Counted from the stretch's first letter, positions 50,467-61,535 are shown. The stretch is DNA of 64,000 nucleotides from an uncultured cyanobacterium (GCA_963744145.1 CAVUSO010000001.1:3040001-3104000); one strand, 5' to 3'. Numbers and translations: made by a program. Notes: a model not told the origin generated them from the letters alone.

Positions 50467-50762
50467 TACCAATTAACTATGAAATTGAACTTAATCTGAG
50501 GTTGATCTGTTAGGCCAGGGCAGGTTTATAATGGTGATCTGTTGGTGGCAGAATTGACTGGTGAACCTGCCCCTACCAATTTTATCCTCTATTTGCGGGT
50601 TTTTGTAGTAGGGGCGGGTTCACCGAGATGTTTGAGATTTACCAATTAATTAGAAAAACCCGCCCGGGTTCACCGAGATTTTTGCTATTTACCCACTAAT
50701 CATCAAAACCCACCCCCACCCACAGATCAATCCTATCAATGTATCTTCATCATCAATTGGTA
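50467..50762. mobile_element. MITE with TACCAATT...AATTGGTA termini carrying GTAGGGGC REP doublets
   Basis: TTA|TACCAATT...AATTGGTA|TTA; internal GGGCAGGTT..AACCTGCCCCTAC and GTAGGGGCGGGTT..AACCCGCCC. Confidence 0.7.
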
Positions 50763-51134
50763 TTAGACTAAATAATTATACCTGATTTTCCTGACTAGGC
50801 ATCACCAAAAATATAACGGGAAAGGTCATTTGTGGAACGAATTTAAACTTATTAAAGCTAAATGTCTTTCACTACTTCCAGAACCATGCCTGATCAATGC
50901 GATCGCTCCAAATCCCTCATCAATGACATGGCTATTCAACTAGAAGCGATCGCCCCAAATCCCACAATCAAACCAGCAGTCAGTCATTAATCTGACCCAC
51001 TATCAATTTAGTAGCGATCGCCCCAATTACTCCCCTAACGTCCCCCGATTATTGATTATTGGTCATTTAACGAGAAACAATCATCCTATAGCTGAAAGGT
51101 TATAAAATAATCTCAAAACTAATCCATCAAAAAT

Positions 51135-52826
51135 ATGAGTAATCAGGACTTAAACACCATAGCGATCAAGATTGAACAGATTGAGAAACAGCAAGGTGTA
51201 TTTAAAAAATATCTGGTGGGACTAAAACAACAGTTAGATAACTTGAAACAACAATTAGATAGCTTGAAACAACAATTTAGTAGTCGTCCAGAACTTCAGC
51301 AAATAGAGGAAATTCAAAAACAAATTGCAGAACTACAGCAGCAGTTAGAATCAAACTCTCGTGGATCAGAAACGAGTGATTCATCAGAAACAAATACCCC
51401 AGAAATCGATAAGGAAGAAGACTTAGATGAGGAGATAGAGCCAGTTACAGCGATCGCAGTTGAAGAATTTCTGAAACAAATTAATGAAAAACAAAGTGAA
51501 TTCCCTAGAATTAATTTAGTTGGAGCCAATTTAAGTGAGAGAGCATTGGTTTCTAATATAACACCAAGAATAAACTTAAGTAATGCGAACCTAAGTAAAG
51601 TAAATTTAAGTCGTTCTACATTAACTTACTCTAATCTGATTGGTGCAAATCTTAGAAAAGCAGTTCTAAGAGAAATAAATTTAACTCATACAAACTTAAC
51701 CGAAGCAAATTTATCCCAAGTAGATTTGCGTAAGGCTGATTTAACTAGGACAATTCTCAAACAAGCAAACCTACAAAAAGCAAATTTAAGTGAAGCAATT
51801 TTAACTAATCTAAATCTAACTGAAGCAAATTTAACTGGAGCAAATCTTACTAAAGTTAAAGTTATAATGGAGGGTGGAACTTTCAGTAAAACTAATTTAG
51901 TTGGGGCTAACCTAAATGCAATAAATTTACAAAATGTTCAATTACAAGATACAAATCTAAGTAATGCTAATTTAACTAATGCAAATTTATTTGGGACGGA
52001 TTTATCAAATACAAACCTTACTAAAGCTAAACTTCAAGGAGCAGTTTATAACTCAATAACTATTTTCCCTAGAGATTTTGATCCAATTGAAGCAGGTGCT
52101 AAATTTATTGGTATGGGAGCATCTGCACCAGAAATAAACTTAAATGGTTTTGATTTAAGCAAATGTATTTTAACAGGAATTAATTTACAAAAAGCAAATC
52201 TAAGTTCCGTAAAATTAGATAATGTTAATTTAATTGGGAGTAATTTAAGTAAAGCTAATTTAAGCAGAGCAAGTTTAATGTCTACAATCCTTATTCAAGC
52301 AAATCTCAGTGAAACAATTCTAAATAAAGCCAATTTTCGTTCAGCTAATTTAACATTAGCAAACCTAGCAGGAGCAAAATTAACTCAAGCCAATCTAATC
52401 TCAGCTAATTTATCAATGGCAAATCTAATAGGAGCCGATTTAAGTGAAGTAGATTTAACTGGCGCAAATTTAACAGGAGCCGATTTAAGCAAAGCTAATT
52501 TACAAAACACTCAATTAAATCAAGTAATACTTCATAATACAAAATTAATAGAAGTATGTTTACTAGGAGCAAAAATTATTAATAGTAAGTTAAAGGGAAT
52601 AGACTTAAGTAAATCAAATTTGTGTGGTGTTAATTTAAGTGGTATTGATTTAACTGAAGCAAACTTAACATCTGCTAATTTAATTGGAGCAAATCTGCAA
52701 AATACTAATCTAGAAAAAGCTAACTTAAAAGAAGCAAATCTAACTGGTGCTATTCTACAAAATGCAAAGCTTGATGGTGCTATCCTAACTGGTACAATTA
52801 TGCCAGATGGGTCAATTCATGAATAG
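51135..52826 (+). CDS. Pentapeptide-repeat protein with N-terminal coiled coil
   Basis: Two long ANL-repeat blocks separated by GAVYN..TIFP..FDP; ends TIMPDG. Confidence 0.92.
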   Translation: MSNQDLNTIAIKIEQIEKQQGVFKKYLVGLKQQLDNLKQQLDSLKQQFSSRPELQQIEEIQKQIAELQQQLESNSRGSETSDSSETNTPEIDKEEDLDEEIEPVTAIAVEEFLKQINEKQSEFPRINLVGANLSERALVSNITPRINLSNANLSKVNLSRSTLTYSNLIGANLRKAVLREINLTHTNLTEANLSQVDLRKADLTRTILKQANLQKANLSEAILTNLNLTEANLTGANLTKVKVIMEGGTFSKTNLVGANLNAINLQNVQLQDTNLSNANLTNANLFGTDLSNTNLTKAKLQGAVYNSITIFPRDFDPIEAGAKFIGMGASAPEINLNGFDLSKCILTGINLQKANLSSVKLDNVNLIGSNLSKANLSRASLMSTILIQANLSETILNKANFRSANLTLANLAGAKLTQANLISANLSMANLIGADLSEVDLTGANLTGADLSKANLQNTQLNQVILHNTKLIEVCLLGAKIINSKLKGIDLSKSNLCGVNLSGIDLTEANLTSANLIGANLQNTNLEKANLKEANLTGAILQNAKLDGAILTGTIMPDGSIHE

Positions 52827-52990
52827 TGTTTATTGCCGATCGCACTAAACCCCGAAACTGTGTCTTATTGATGGCGATCGCAACCAACCCTAATCTAACA
52901 GTAGCGATCGCACCCATTAGCAGCAGAGCCTAATTTCCTGAAAACTGCGATCGCACTAAATAATATTATTCTCTCAGCAAAAGCTTACTT

Positions 52991-54100
52991 TTAAATAAAA
53001 TTTTCAGGCATCTTAGGACACACTTCTAGAGCTTTGTTGATTAAGGTTATCCCCTTGATAAGTACATTCTGTTTCCAGGAATGAGATTTAGGACAAAATG
53101 CTTCAAGTAATTGTGCTTTAACTCGGTTGTATCGATGACTATCGAATCTATTGTAGAAATGAACACGGTTTTCAGCCTGAAGCTTTGCCAATACTTTAAT
53201 ACCCGAATACGTTCCAAATTCTGCATTGAAATAAATATAATTTTTTGGAACAAGTTGATGAGCTAACCAACTGCCCATTGATCCCTGAACCTGGTATGGT
53301 ACTTGATCCGTACTATCATCAAGTCCAAATTGTTGGAAAACCGATGTGTAACTAAATGAGCTAGACCACACTGCTGGGAACAGCTTATAGTTTGCCCACT
53401 TACCTAGTCCAGTATGAAAATCAAGATGAAGAATCTGGTTGGCTGAATTTACCCACTGTGGTAGGTAAGTTTGAATAATTTGCGTTGATTTAGCAGGACT
53501 GTGCCCCCCAAAAAACAGCCCCTGGGAAAATTCATATTGACCACCAGCGATCGCTTGTTTGAGAGTCTGAAAACCGTAACGCAAAATATAGCCGATCGCG
53601 GTTAGTATAAAAGGATCTAATAATGGTAGTGGGGATTTCGGATTAAGGAAGTGATTAATCTGCGAATATTCAGGTGGTGCGCCATTATAGCTTTCATTTG
53701 GTAGCAGAAAATTACGATTGAGGTCAATGTTGTCTTCGTTAGTCCGTCTGAGCCATGCAAAACCATAAGGATTGATTGCATGGATGAGTAATACAGCTCC
53801 ATTAGGATCTATTGGAAAACCAACTTTAGCTATAACCTCTTGCATCCAAGCAAGCTGAACCGCAGAGCCAAAGAAACCTTCAACGCCATGTAATCCTGAT
53901 GAAACAATCACAACCCACTTTGGTTGATTTGCACCAATCAAAGCAAAATCAATGGTCAATTCTTCATTATTAAGTCCTTTTTGATCGATGGCAAATGATT
54001 CAAGACGAGCTCCTAAATTCCGTGCAGCTTCTCGAAAGCGGTTTCGAGCAATGGTATAACTTGCGGAGAATATATCAGTCTGCAACATTGTTCTTAACAA
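52991..54100 (-). CDS. M14-like metallopeptidase (DUF2817-type)
   Basis: SSGLHGVEG, HAINPYG, NEDNIDLNRNF, DFHTGLG, AEFGT. Confidence 0.88.
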   Translation of the reverse strand: MLRTMLQTDIFSASYTIARNRFREAARNLGARLESFAIDQKGLNNEELTIDFALIGANQPKWVVIVSSGLHGVEGFFGSAVQLAWMQEVIAKVGFPIDPNGAVLLIHAINPYGFAWLRRTNEDNIDLNRNFLLPNESYNGAPPEYSQINHFLNPKSPLPLLDPFILTAIGYILRYGFQTLKQAIAGGQYEFSQGLFFGGHSPAKSTQIIQTYLPQWVNSANQILHLDFHTGLGKWANYKLFPAVWSSSFSYTSVFQQFGLDDSTDQVPYQVQGSMGSWLAHQLVPKNYIYFNAEFGTYSGIKVLAKLQAENRVHFYNRFDSHRYNRVKAQLLEAFCPKSHSWKQNVLIKGITLINKALEVCPKMPENFI

Positions 54101-54241
54101 CGTCAGTTTGATGGATTAGACAAAGTTGAGACGCTTATTTGATGATCGGTCTCAGCAATACTTGACGTTATTATATCACCTCAGAGAATATGAACAACTG
54201 GGGACTTTGGGAGGCGATCGCTCTATTTTACTGTAAACTGT

Positions 54242-55069
54242 TTACTCTGCCCTAATCTGGATCGGTTCCTTTAAAGGTTTTGTCGCAAATTCTTTCAATC
54301 CAACTGAATCTAGTAAACTCTCCCAATCTTGAATCGCTTGTGGGTCGTTAGGATGTAAACGACGTAATCGAGCAGCTTCCGCTAAGGTATCATACCAAAG
54401 TCCATTATTTACATAGAGAAGCAAGCGATCGCGGTCTTGAGCGTGAGCTAAATTATTTGTTAATTCTTTTGATGGCTCAATAAATTGAATTGTTCCTTTA
54501 GCGTCAACACTATTACTAGGATCGTATGGTTCACATACTATACTTAAATACCATCTATAAGGTTTATTTAATTGGAGATTTTTAAGAACAGGAATAGTCA
54601 CACTAATTATCCCTGAATCATTAATTGGTTTAAATCTAGTTTCATGAACAATTTCTTCGGTATCTTCGTTCATTAGAGCAAACTCAATATATCCTTGATT
54701 AGGGGATTCAGGAACATAGACAAAAATAGTTGGATTAGTAGTTAAACTATATTCAAAAGTTGTTTTGGGAATTACTGCTACTGGTTCCTTAATACAAGGT
54801 GCTTCCAGACCGCCACCGTCTCGTTTATTGTCTGGATTGCGCGATTTGAATCTAATCCCACTCATCTGGTTTGTTAGTTTTTGTTCAGAAGAATTAATCG
54901 TTTGTGCTAGGCTTTGACTATGATTGTTTACTAATCCTGTAAATATTCCAGTCAATAACATAATCTGAATATTTACTAAACTTAACAATCGGATTTTATT
55001 CATCATATTTATATGTTTCTTGCTCATATTATGACCTCTTTTGTTGACAATGGAACGGCGATCGCCCAA
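54242..55069 (-). CDS. DUF928 protein (true start probably downstream of 55069)
   Basis: TNPTIFVYVP, GIISVTIP, YRWYLSIVC, GLWYDTL, WESLLDSVGL. Confidence 0.85.
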   Translation of the reverse strand: MGDRRSIVNKRGHNMSKKHINMMNKIRLLSLVNIQIMLLTGIFTGLVNNHSQSLAQTINSSEQKLTNQMSGIRFKSRNPDNKRDGGGLEAPCIKEPVAVIPKTTFEYSLTTNPTIFVYVPESPNQGYIEFALMNEDTEEIVHETRFKPINDSGIISVTIPVLKNLQLNKPYRWYLSIVCEPYDPSNSVDAKGTIQFIEPSKELTNNLAHAQDRDRLLLYVNNGLWYDTLAEAARLRRLHPNDPQAIQDWESLLDSVGLKEFATKPLKEPIQIRAE

Positions 55070-55245
55070 ATCTCCACTGGATTTCTATTGAGGGCCAGTG
55101 ACATAAATCACTCTGAAAGTCAGAGCCTCTCACTAGATATATCTAAAACTATCACGCTTGGACAAAACTGCAATCACTTACCAGCAAAGGAAACCGGGTG
55201 ATGATAAGAGGATAGAGTACAAGCTTCGCTAACAGGAAAAAAACA

Positions 55246-55461
55246 ATGCTAAGTGTAAAAATTCTCCCTGGTGCAGTTAACGAAATCATTTACAACGTCG
55301 CTAGAACCCAGAAAATTACCAAAACCGATCGCTACGGGATTATGACCGCTCTTTTAGATGACTCTATCAGTGAAGAAGACCAAAACGCGATCAATCGTCT
55401 AGTTCGGTTAATAGTTAGGGGTAAAGTCCAGGTAGTTGATGAGTTATCAATGGCCCTGTAG
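55246..55461 (+). CDS. Small protein, paralogue A1
   Basis: LPGAVNEI..ITKTDRYGIMTALLD..DELSMAL. Confidence 0.8.
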   Translation: MLSVKILPGAVNEIIYNVARTQKITKTDRYGIMTALLDDSISEEDQNAINRLVRLIVRGKVQVVDELSMAL

Positions 55462-55525
55462 GCAACTATTCAGACTGCGATCGCCCAAAAGGATTAAAGT
55501 AATCAGAGAATTAAGGGAAACTAAG

Positions 55526-55732
55526 ATGGCTACTACTAATTTTGAACGTTCTACCTATAGCACATTGACAGAAATATTTGGTAATGCACTTAGTTCAGGG
55601 GGGCTGAGTACAAAAGAAAGACTACAATTAAAAGAAACTTTATTAAAGGATACGATTGTTGAAGATGATTTGATAATTGCTAATAGACTACTCTATGCAC
55701 TACGCCGTAATTTTTTGAAGTTAGCAGCTTAA
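55526..55732 (+). CDS. Small protein, paralogue B1
   Basis: MATTNFERSTYSTLTEIFG..ANRLLYALRR; homologous to 57429-57638. Confidence 0.8.
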   Translation: MATTNFERSTYSTLTEIFGNALSSGGLSTKERLQLKETLLKDTIVEDDLIIANRLLYALRRNFLKLAA

Positions 55733-55883
55733 AAATAAATAGAAGTTTTCCTAAATTATCAAGAGGCGATCGCATTGATGACTACTCAATGCGGTCGTTT
55801 TTTATTTATTTAGTTGCTTGTGATCTCGATCATCTAAAACTTCAAACTTACTCACTAAAAATATCCGGAGATATCACATTTAA

Positions 55884-57032
55884 TACCAATTCTTGCAACT
55901 TTGACTACAGATAGTGTAGAGTATAATTTGAGTAGAGTTGAAGGAAAAATATGGCAGGAGTTTATCACCTAGACATTAAGGAAAGTGAAGCCGAGCTGAA
56001 GAAATTGCTCGCAGTGGAAAAAACTGGTCCAGGAAAAGAACGATTACAAGCATTATATCTACTCAAGATAAACAAAGCTAAAACAGTCACAGAAGTTGCT
56101 GAAATCTTGGGCAGAAATCGAGTTACCGTTCAAGATTGGTTAGCCAAATACCGTCAAGGAGGATTGGCCAAATATCTGGGGAAAAAAGTGGGTACAGGAC
56201 CGACCGAGAAAAATTCCTGACTGGGCGGTAAAAAGTTTAGAAAAACGACTAAATGAAGAGGAAGGATTTAATAGTTATGGGGAAATTTGTCAATGGCTAT
56301 CATCCACCCTTGGGATAGAAGCTAAATATAAAACCGTTCATCAATTAGTGCATTATAAACTAAAAGCCTCACCAAAAATCGCCAGGCCGAAAAGTACAGA
56401 ACAGTCAAAAAAAAAGTTAGATAATTTTAGAAATCACTTGGCGGAGGACTTAGCTATGCTGAGTTGGTTTGCCATAACAGTAATGAGTTTAGGAGATAAA
56501 GTCAGATTTTTATGTCAAGATGAAACACGGATCGGCATGAAAACGATTAGTGGGAGAAAAATTACCATTCGTGGGGTAAAACCAATTGGTAAAGTGCAAT
56601 GGAAATTTCAAGCGACTTATATTTATGGCGTAGTAGAGCCAAAGACAGGGGAACATTTCTTTTACGAGTTTACTCATCTCAATAGTCAATGCTTTCAGAT
56701 ATTTTTAGACTTAGTAGCCGCGCATTTTTCGGATAGTATTTTGATCATTCAGTTAGACAATGGTGGTTTTCATAAAGCTAAAAAGTTGGTAATTCCTAAA
56801 AACGTTATTTTAATGTTTCAACCATCCCATTGTCCTGAATCAAATCCAATCGAACAGGTATGGCAGTATCTCAAAAAGGGATTGAGATGGGAATTACCAA
56901 GAAACTTAGATGAATTAAGACTTTTAATTAGTAAAGAACTAGAAAAGATGAATTCAAAAGTAATTGCCTCAATTACGGGACGAGCCTATATATTAGAGGC
57001 ACTATCTGTAGTCGGCATTTAGAGAATTGGTA
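55884..57032 (+). mobile_element. IS630-family insertion sequence
   Basis: TIRs TACCAATTCT..GACTACAGATAGTG at both ends; TAA on both flanks. Confidence 0.92.
55951..57022 (+). pseudogene. IS630 transposase with +1 frameshift at ~56200
   Basis: HTH N-terminus; QDETRIG, LDNGGFH, PESNPIEQVWQYLK; deleting one C in GGAC-CGA gives GTGRPRKIP and one continuous frame. Confidence 0.85.
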
Positions 57033-57129
57033 TAAAACCAGAGCGATATCACTTCTTTATTAGGAGAACCAGGCGATCATAAAAGTATCGAGTATGGCTA
57101 GCGCCAAGCTTCACTAAGAGGATCAAGTT

Positions 57130-57345
57130 ATGTTTCAAATCAATCTACTCCCTGGTGCTATCAATCAACTAATCGCCGATGTAACTGATACCCACAAAAT
57201 TACTAAAGCCGACCGTTATGGGATGATGGCTGCAATCTTAGACGAGTCTACCAGTCAAGATGAACTTAGCTCCCTAGACCGTTTAATCCGTCTGATCGTC
57301 AAAGGTCGGATCAAAGTTACTGATGAATTATCAATGGTGATGTAA
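57130..57345 (+). CDS. Small protein, paralogue A2
   Basis: LLPGAINQLI..ADRYGMMAAILDES. Confidence 0.8.
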   Translation: MFQINLLPGAINQLIADVTDTHKITKADRYGMMAAILDESTSQDELSSLDRLIRLIVKGRIKVTDELSMVM

Positions 57346-57428
57346 AAAACTATAGACTTTTCTCTAGTAAAATGCGATCGCTAAAACTAAAATAATTTTA
57401 AATTAACGGAGAATTAATAGAAAATAAA

Positions 57429-57638
57429 ATGGAGACAATGACTAATTTTGAGCGTGCTACATATACCTCTTTAACAGAAATATTTGGTCAGGTAATTAGT
57501 TATGGGTTCTTAACCACTCAAGCAAGACTACAATTAAAAGAAATTTTATTGCAAGATTCAATTACTGAGGTAGATTTATTGATTGCTAACAGAATATTGT
57601 ACGCGCTACGTCATAATATTTTGAAATTAGCAGATTAA
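57429..57638 (+). CDS. Small protein, paralogue B2
   Basis: TNFERATYTSLTEIFG..ANRILYALRH. Confidence 0.8.
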   Translation: METMTNFERATYTSLTEIFGQVISYGFLTTQARLQLKEILLQDSITEVDLLIANRILYALRHNILKLAD

Positions 57639-57928
57639 AAATAAATAGAAGTTTTCCTGAAGGAGGAAACGCGATCGTATTAATCATTTTAATACGGTCG
57701 TTTTTTTTTGATTGCCGATTAGCTGTTGGGACATAGAACACGATCGCCCAAAATCTAGACCCAAAATCCCGACCCAAATCAAAACCGCAGTAGACTAAGT
57801 TTTTGGTGGTGCTGGGTGACCTAAATCACCTAGAAAGTCAGAAATACTCACGTTTGTCTATATATAGCTATCACTTACCAGTAGAGGAAACCAGGAGATG
57901 ATAAAGATGTCGAGTTCAGGAAAACTTT

Positions 57929-58144
57929 ATGTCTCAAGTAAATCTTCTCCCGGGTGCTATCAACGAACTAATCGCTAACGTGACCGATACCTACAAAGTG
58001 ACCCAAGCCGATCGTTATGGGATGATGGCTGCAATCTTAGACGAGTCTACCAGTGAAGAAGAACTTAGCTCATTAGACCGTTTAATCCGTCTGATCGTCA
58101 AGGGTCGGGTAAAGGTTACTGATGAATTGTCAATGGTGATGTAA
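57929..58144 (+). CDS. Small protein, paralogue A3
   Basis: Highly similar to A2. Confidence 0.8.
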   Translation: MSQVNLLPGAINELIANVTDTYKVTQADRYGMMAAILDESTSEEELSSLDRLIRLIVKGRVKVTDELSMVM

Positions 58145-58149
58145 GAGAC

Positions 58150-58183
58150 AAGCTGCTAAAACTCGACACTATAGCAGCTTTTT
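58150..58183 (+). terminator. Intrinsic terminator after A3
   Basis: AAGCTGCTA...TAGCAGCTT followed by T-run. Confidence 0.6.
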
Positions 58184-58272
58184 GGCGATCGGATCAGCAA
58201 TTATTTTGAATTAAGATAGATTATTTTCTAATTTTCCGGTTAAAATTTCTGCCCTAATCACCATCACCTAAT

Positions 58273-59706
58273 TTAAGCTTCTCCTCCCACCACCACATTC
58301 CGAATCCGCAAACTCGGTCCACCACAACCAACGGGTAAACCACTTTGACCACCTTTACCACAACCACCAGATTCATCCCAATAGAAATCATCACCAATCG
58401 CTTCAATATCACCTAAAGTGCTGAAAACATTCCCCGATAAAGTGACATCTCGAACCGGTTCGGCAATTTGACCATTACGAATCATCCAAGCTTCACCAGC
58501 TGAAAAAGTAAACATTTCCCCATTAGTCATCCCCCCTAACCAATGACGAGCATAGACACCCTCTTTAATCTCATTAAAGAGATCCTGAACCGGAGTTGAA
58601 CCTCTTTCAATCCAAGTATTGGTCATCCGCACGATCGGCGGATAATGATAATTCAAACAACGAGCATTACCTGTCGGTAGTTCACCTAACTTACCAGCAG
58701 TTTCGCGGGAATGAAGACGTCCAACTAAAACACCATCCTTAATTAACTGAGTTGTGCTTGCTGGTGTACCTTCATCATCATAAAAATAACTACCACGATG
58801 ATCAGCCGATGCAGCTCCATCAAAAATTTGTAAATCTGACGGTCCAAATCTCCGTCCTAAAGTCATGATTTCCAAAAAATCAGGGTTTTCATAAGCCATA
58901 TCTGCTTCGGACAGATGACCAAAAGCTTCGTGAACAAATAAACCACTCAAGATTGGATCAATGACAACAGTATAAGTATTACCTTTGACCGATGGTAAGG
59001 ACAAAGCATCTACTGCACGTTGAGCAGCACTGTGAACTTGAGCATCTAAATTGGTTAAATCTTCATAAGCTTTCCGGGAACCAATTGTTTCTCGTCCCGT
59101 TTGGACAGTAGCACCAGAGCGAGCTGTAGCAGCAAAACGCATCTCCATATCTACCCAAGATTGTTCCAGCAAAGTCCCTTCCGAAGTAGCCAGAATGACC
59201 CGTTGGATACTATCCCCATAGCGCACAGAAGTAGTAGCAATCCGGTGATCAACATTATGCAGAATATCCGCATAGCGATCGCATAAAGCCTTTTTTTCTG
59301 CTAGCGGCACCAAGCGCGGATCAGTACCTTTGAGAGCTAGGATACAAGTATCTTGAACTAGCTGAATTGGTGCTAGCAAAGTTTCCTCATTACCGACTAA
59401 ACGAGCAGCGGCGATCGCTTCCTCAATTCTATCGGTCAGGGTCGAAACTTGATTAAAGCTAGCAAATCCCCATCCCCCCCGATAACAAGCACGAACTTGA
59501 CCCCCGATGGAGATTCCTTCACTGAGAGTTTCGATCTTATTTCCGCGTAATAAAATATCCGTTCCTTCTGCTTCTTCCAGTCGAATGGCCAAATAATCGA
59601 CCTGAGAGCCATAACGAACTATCAAATCCGACAACAGATTTTTGGGATCAGTCAGCAAAGTAGACATGAGATGTGGGGGTGTGGATGAACTACTTTTATT
59701 TTGCAC
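58273..59706 (-). CDS. tldD: TldD/PmbA-family metalloprotease
   Basis: FVHEAFGHLSEAD, YDDEG, RMTNT, GCGKGGQ. Confidence 0.93.
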   Translation of the reverse strand: MQNKSSSSTPPHLMSTLLTDPKNLLSDLIVRYGSQVDYLAIRLEEAEGTDILLRGNKIETLSEGISIGGQVRACYRGGWGFASFNQVSTLTDRIEEAIAAARLVGNEETLLAPIQLVQDTCILALKGTDPRLVPLAEKKALCDRYADILHNVDHRIATTSVRYGDSIQRVILATSEGTLLEQSWVDMEMRFAATARSGATVQTGRETIGSRKAYEDLTNLDAQVHSAAQRAVDALSLPSVKGNTYTVVIDPILSGLFVHEAFGHLSEADMAYENPDFLEIMTLGRRFGPSDLQIFDGAASADHRGSYFYDDEGTPASTTQLIKDGVLVGRLHSRETAGKLGELPTGNARCLNYHYPPIVRMTNTWIERGSTPVQDLFNEIKEGVYARHWLGGMTNGEMFTFSAGEAWMIRNGQIAEPVRDVTLSGNVFSTLGDIEAIGDDFYWDESGGCGKGGQSGLPVGCGGPSLRIRNVVVGGEA

Positions 59707-59918
59707 CAGTGCCAGGTTGATTTTCTATCGGAGATTGCGACTATTTAGTTCGGTAGATCCGAATATATTATCTTCACCAATCCATATACCCTATAAGTGT
59801 GAAGGAAAAAAGAACACAGGAAAACTCACCATCGTGTTACCAAATTACTGGTACTCCAGCTTAATCACTCAATTCACCTTCATGTTTCATCCTTCCAGTA
59901 TGGGGAGAGGGGTGACTT

Positions 59919-61535
59919 TTGACTACTAATTATCTTCTACCAACTCTTAGCCAAATTTTAATTCCGGCTCAGGAAAATGTTTTCCCATCGAGTCCACCGT
60001 CAATCACTCCTCCTAGTGATGATTTTGGCTCAAGTTTTTCTAAAAATTCACCCACCCTCCGACGTGCTTATGAAGTCAAAACCAGACGACTAAAAGCTGA
60101 AAGAGAATGGTGTGGAGCGATCGCTGCTTTAAACTATCTGTTGACCCAAGTTTTGTCCTCAGATTCTCCCACATTCAATGGTGGATTATCTATTCAAGGT
60201 TTTATCTTATCTGCTCCAGCTCCAATCTTGGCTCAACCAGGATTAGTTGCTAGCTTGCCCGCATGGATATTCACTACTAGACCCCAACCAAATTTTGCCT
60301 ATCTTTCCTGTCATGGAGGATGGGAAAACCCTTCCCGATTATTACCAGCTTCCCTAGATCCCAAGATTAAGGATCACGAAAACAACAATCAGACCTCAGC
60401 ATTATTGTTATCACCGGAAGACCCTTTAGCTACGGAACAGTTTTGTTTAATATTTACAGCCCAGTTTAGTCTGGTAATGGTATTAGGAGAAGATTCCACC
60501 AGTACCCCAGCTTTTCACTTTTCTTTTGCTCCAGAAATTGTTACCCTAGCTTGGCTGTCACTTCGGGCTCGAATTTTAGTAAATACTCATCAACAAATTA
60601 GTCATCTTGATTCTTTATTCGCTCAATTTCCTCCAGGTATTCCTGATTATAAATTAGTGATGCAATTTAGTCAATTGCTGCTCAAATATTTGCCAGAACA
60701 ATCAGGAGAAGGTCACCATAAGCTGAGTGAAAATATTAACAATAAACCATTTAATTCTTATGCTCAAACCAAAATTCCGCACCCCATTAATGCCAATAAT
60801 TCATCACCAATCCCCAAGCGGGATGATATTGAATTACTCCAAGCGATCGCTCACGAAGTGCGTACTCCTTTAGCAACAATTCGGACTCTCACTCGTTTAT
60901 TATTAAAGCGTCGTCATCTGGAACCAGATATTATTAATCGGTTAGAAATGATCGATCGGGAGTGTACTGAACAAATAGATCGGTTTGGGTTAATTTTCCG
61001 AGCTGTAGAATTAGAAACTTCTACATCTACTCGTTCACTGATGCACTTAACCGCAACATCGCTAACAAAAGTATTTACAGAAAGTATCCCCCGTTGGCAA
61101 AAACAAGCTAGTCGTCGTAATGTGACTTTAGATATTAGTTTGCCTCAAAAAATGCCTGCGGTAGTAAGTGATCCAACTCTGCTTGATCAAGTTCTTACTG
61201 GGTTACTAGAAAACTTTACATCGAGGTTAACTCCTGGTAGTCATGTACAGGTAAAAGTCATGTTAGCTGGCTCTCAGCTTAAATTACAACTCCAATCTCA
61301 AAATGATCCTAATGTGGCAATTAAATCTCCCATTTCTACCTGCAAAAATCCGGCATCGAATCGTCCCTATCCGATTGGTAATTTACTCATGTTTCAACCA
61401 GAAACAGGGAATTTGAGTCTCAACCTTAATGTTACTAAAAATCTCTTCCAAGCTTTAGGAGGAAAACTCATCGTCAGACAAAACTCCCAAAAAGGTGAAG
61501 TTCTGACTATTTTCTTACCTCTAACTGAATTCTAA
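59919..61535 (+). CDS. hik2: Sensor histidine kinase Hik2 (chloroplast sensor kinase homologue)
   Basis: EREWC, EQFCLIFT, AHEVRTPLATIRTLTRLLL, IDRECTEQIDR, QPETGNLSL. Confidence 0.85.
   Translation: MTTNYLLPTLSQILIPAQENVFPSSPPSITPPSDDFGSSFSKNSPTLRRAYEVKTRRLKAEREWCGAIAALNYLLTQVLSSDSPTFNGGLSIQGFILSAPAPILAQPGLVASLPAWIFTTRPQPNFAYLSCHGGWENPSRLLPASLDPKIKDHENNNQTSALLLSPEDPLATEQFCLIFTAQFSLVMVLGEDSTSTPAFHFSFAPEIVTLAWLSLRARILVNTHQQISHLDSLFAQFPPGIPDYKLVMQFSQLLLKYLPEQSGEGHHKLSENINNKPFNSYAQTKIPHPINANNSSPIPKRDDIELLQAIAHEVRTPLATIRTLTRLLLKRRHLEPDIINRLEMIDRECTEQIDRFGLIFRAVELETSTSTRSLMHLTATSLTKVFTESIPRWQKQASRRNVTLDISLPQKMPAVVSDPTLLDQVLTGLLENFTSRLTPGSHVQVKVMLAGSQLKLQLQSQNDPNVAIKSPISTCKNPASNRPYPIGNLLMFQPETGNLSLNLNVTKNLFQALGGKLIVRQNSQKGEVLTIFLPLTEF

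Noticed and set aside
56190..56220. Programmed frameshift in IS630 transposase
   Set aside because: The break maps to an extra C rather than a slippery A-run, and the downstream A-run at ~56407 is in frame; more likely mutation or error
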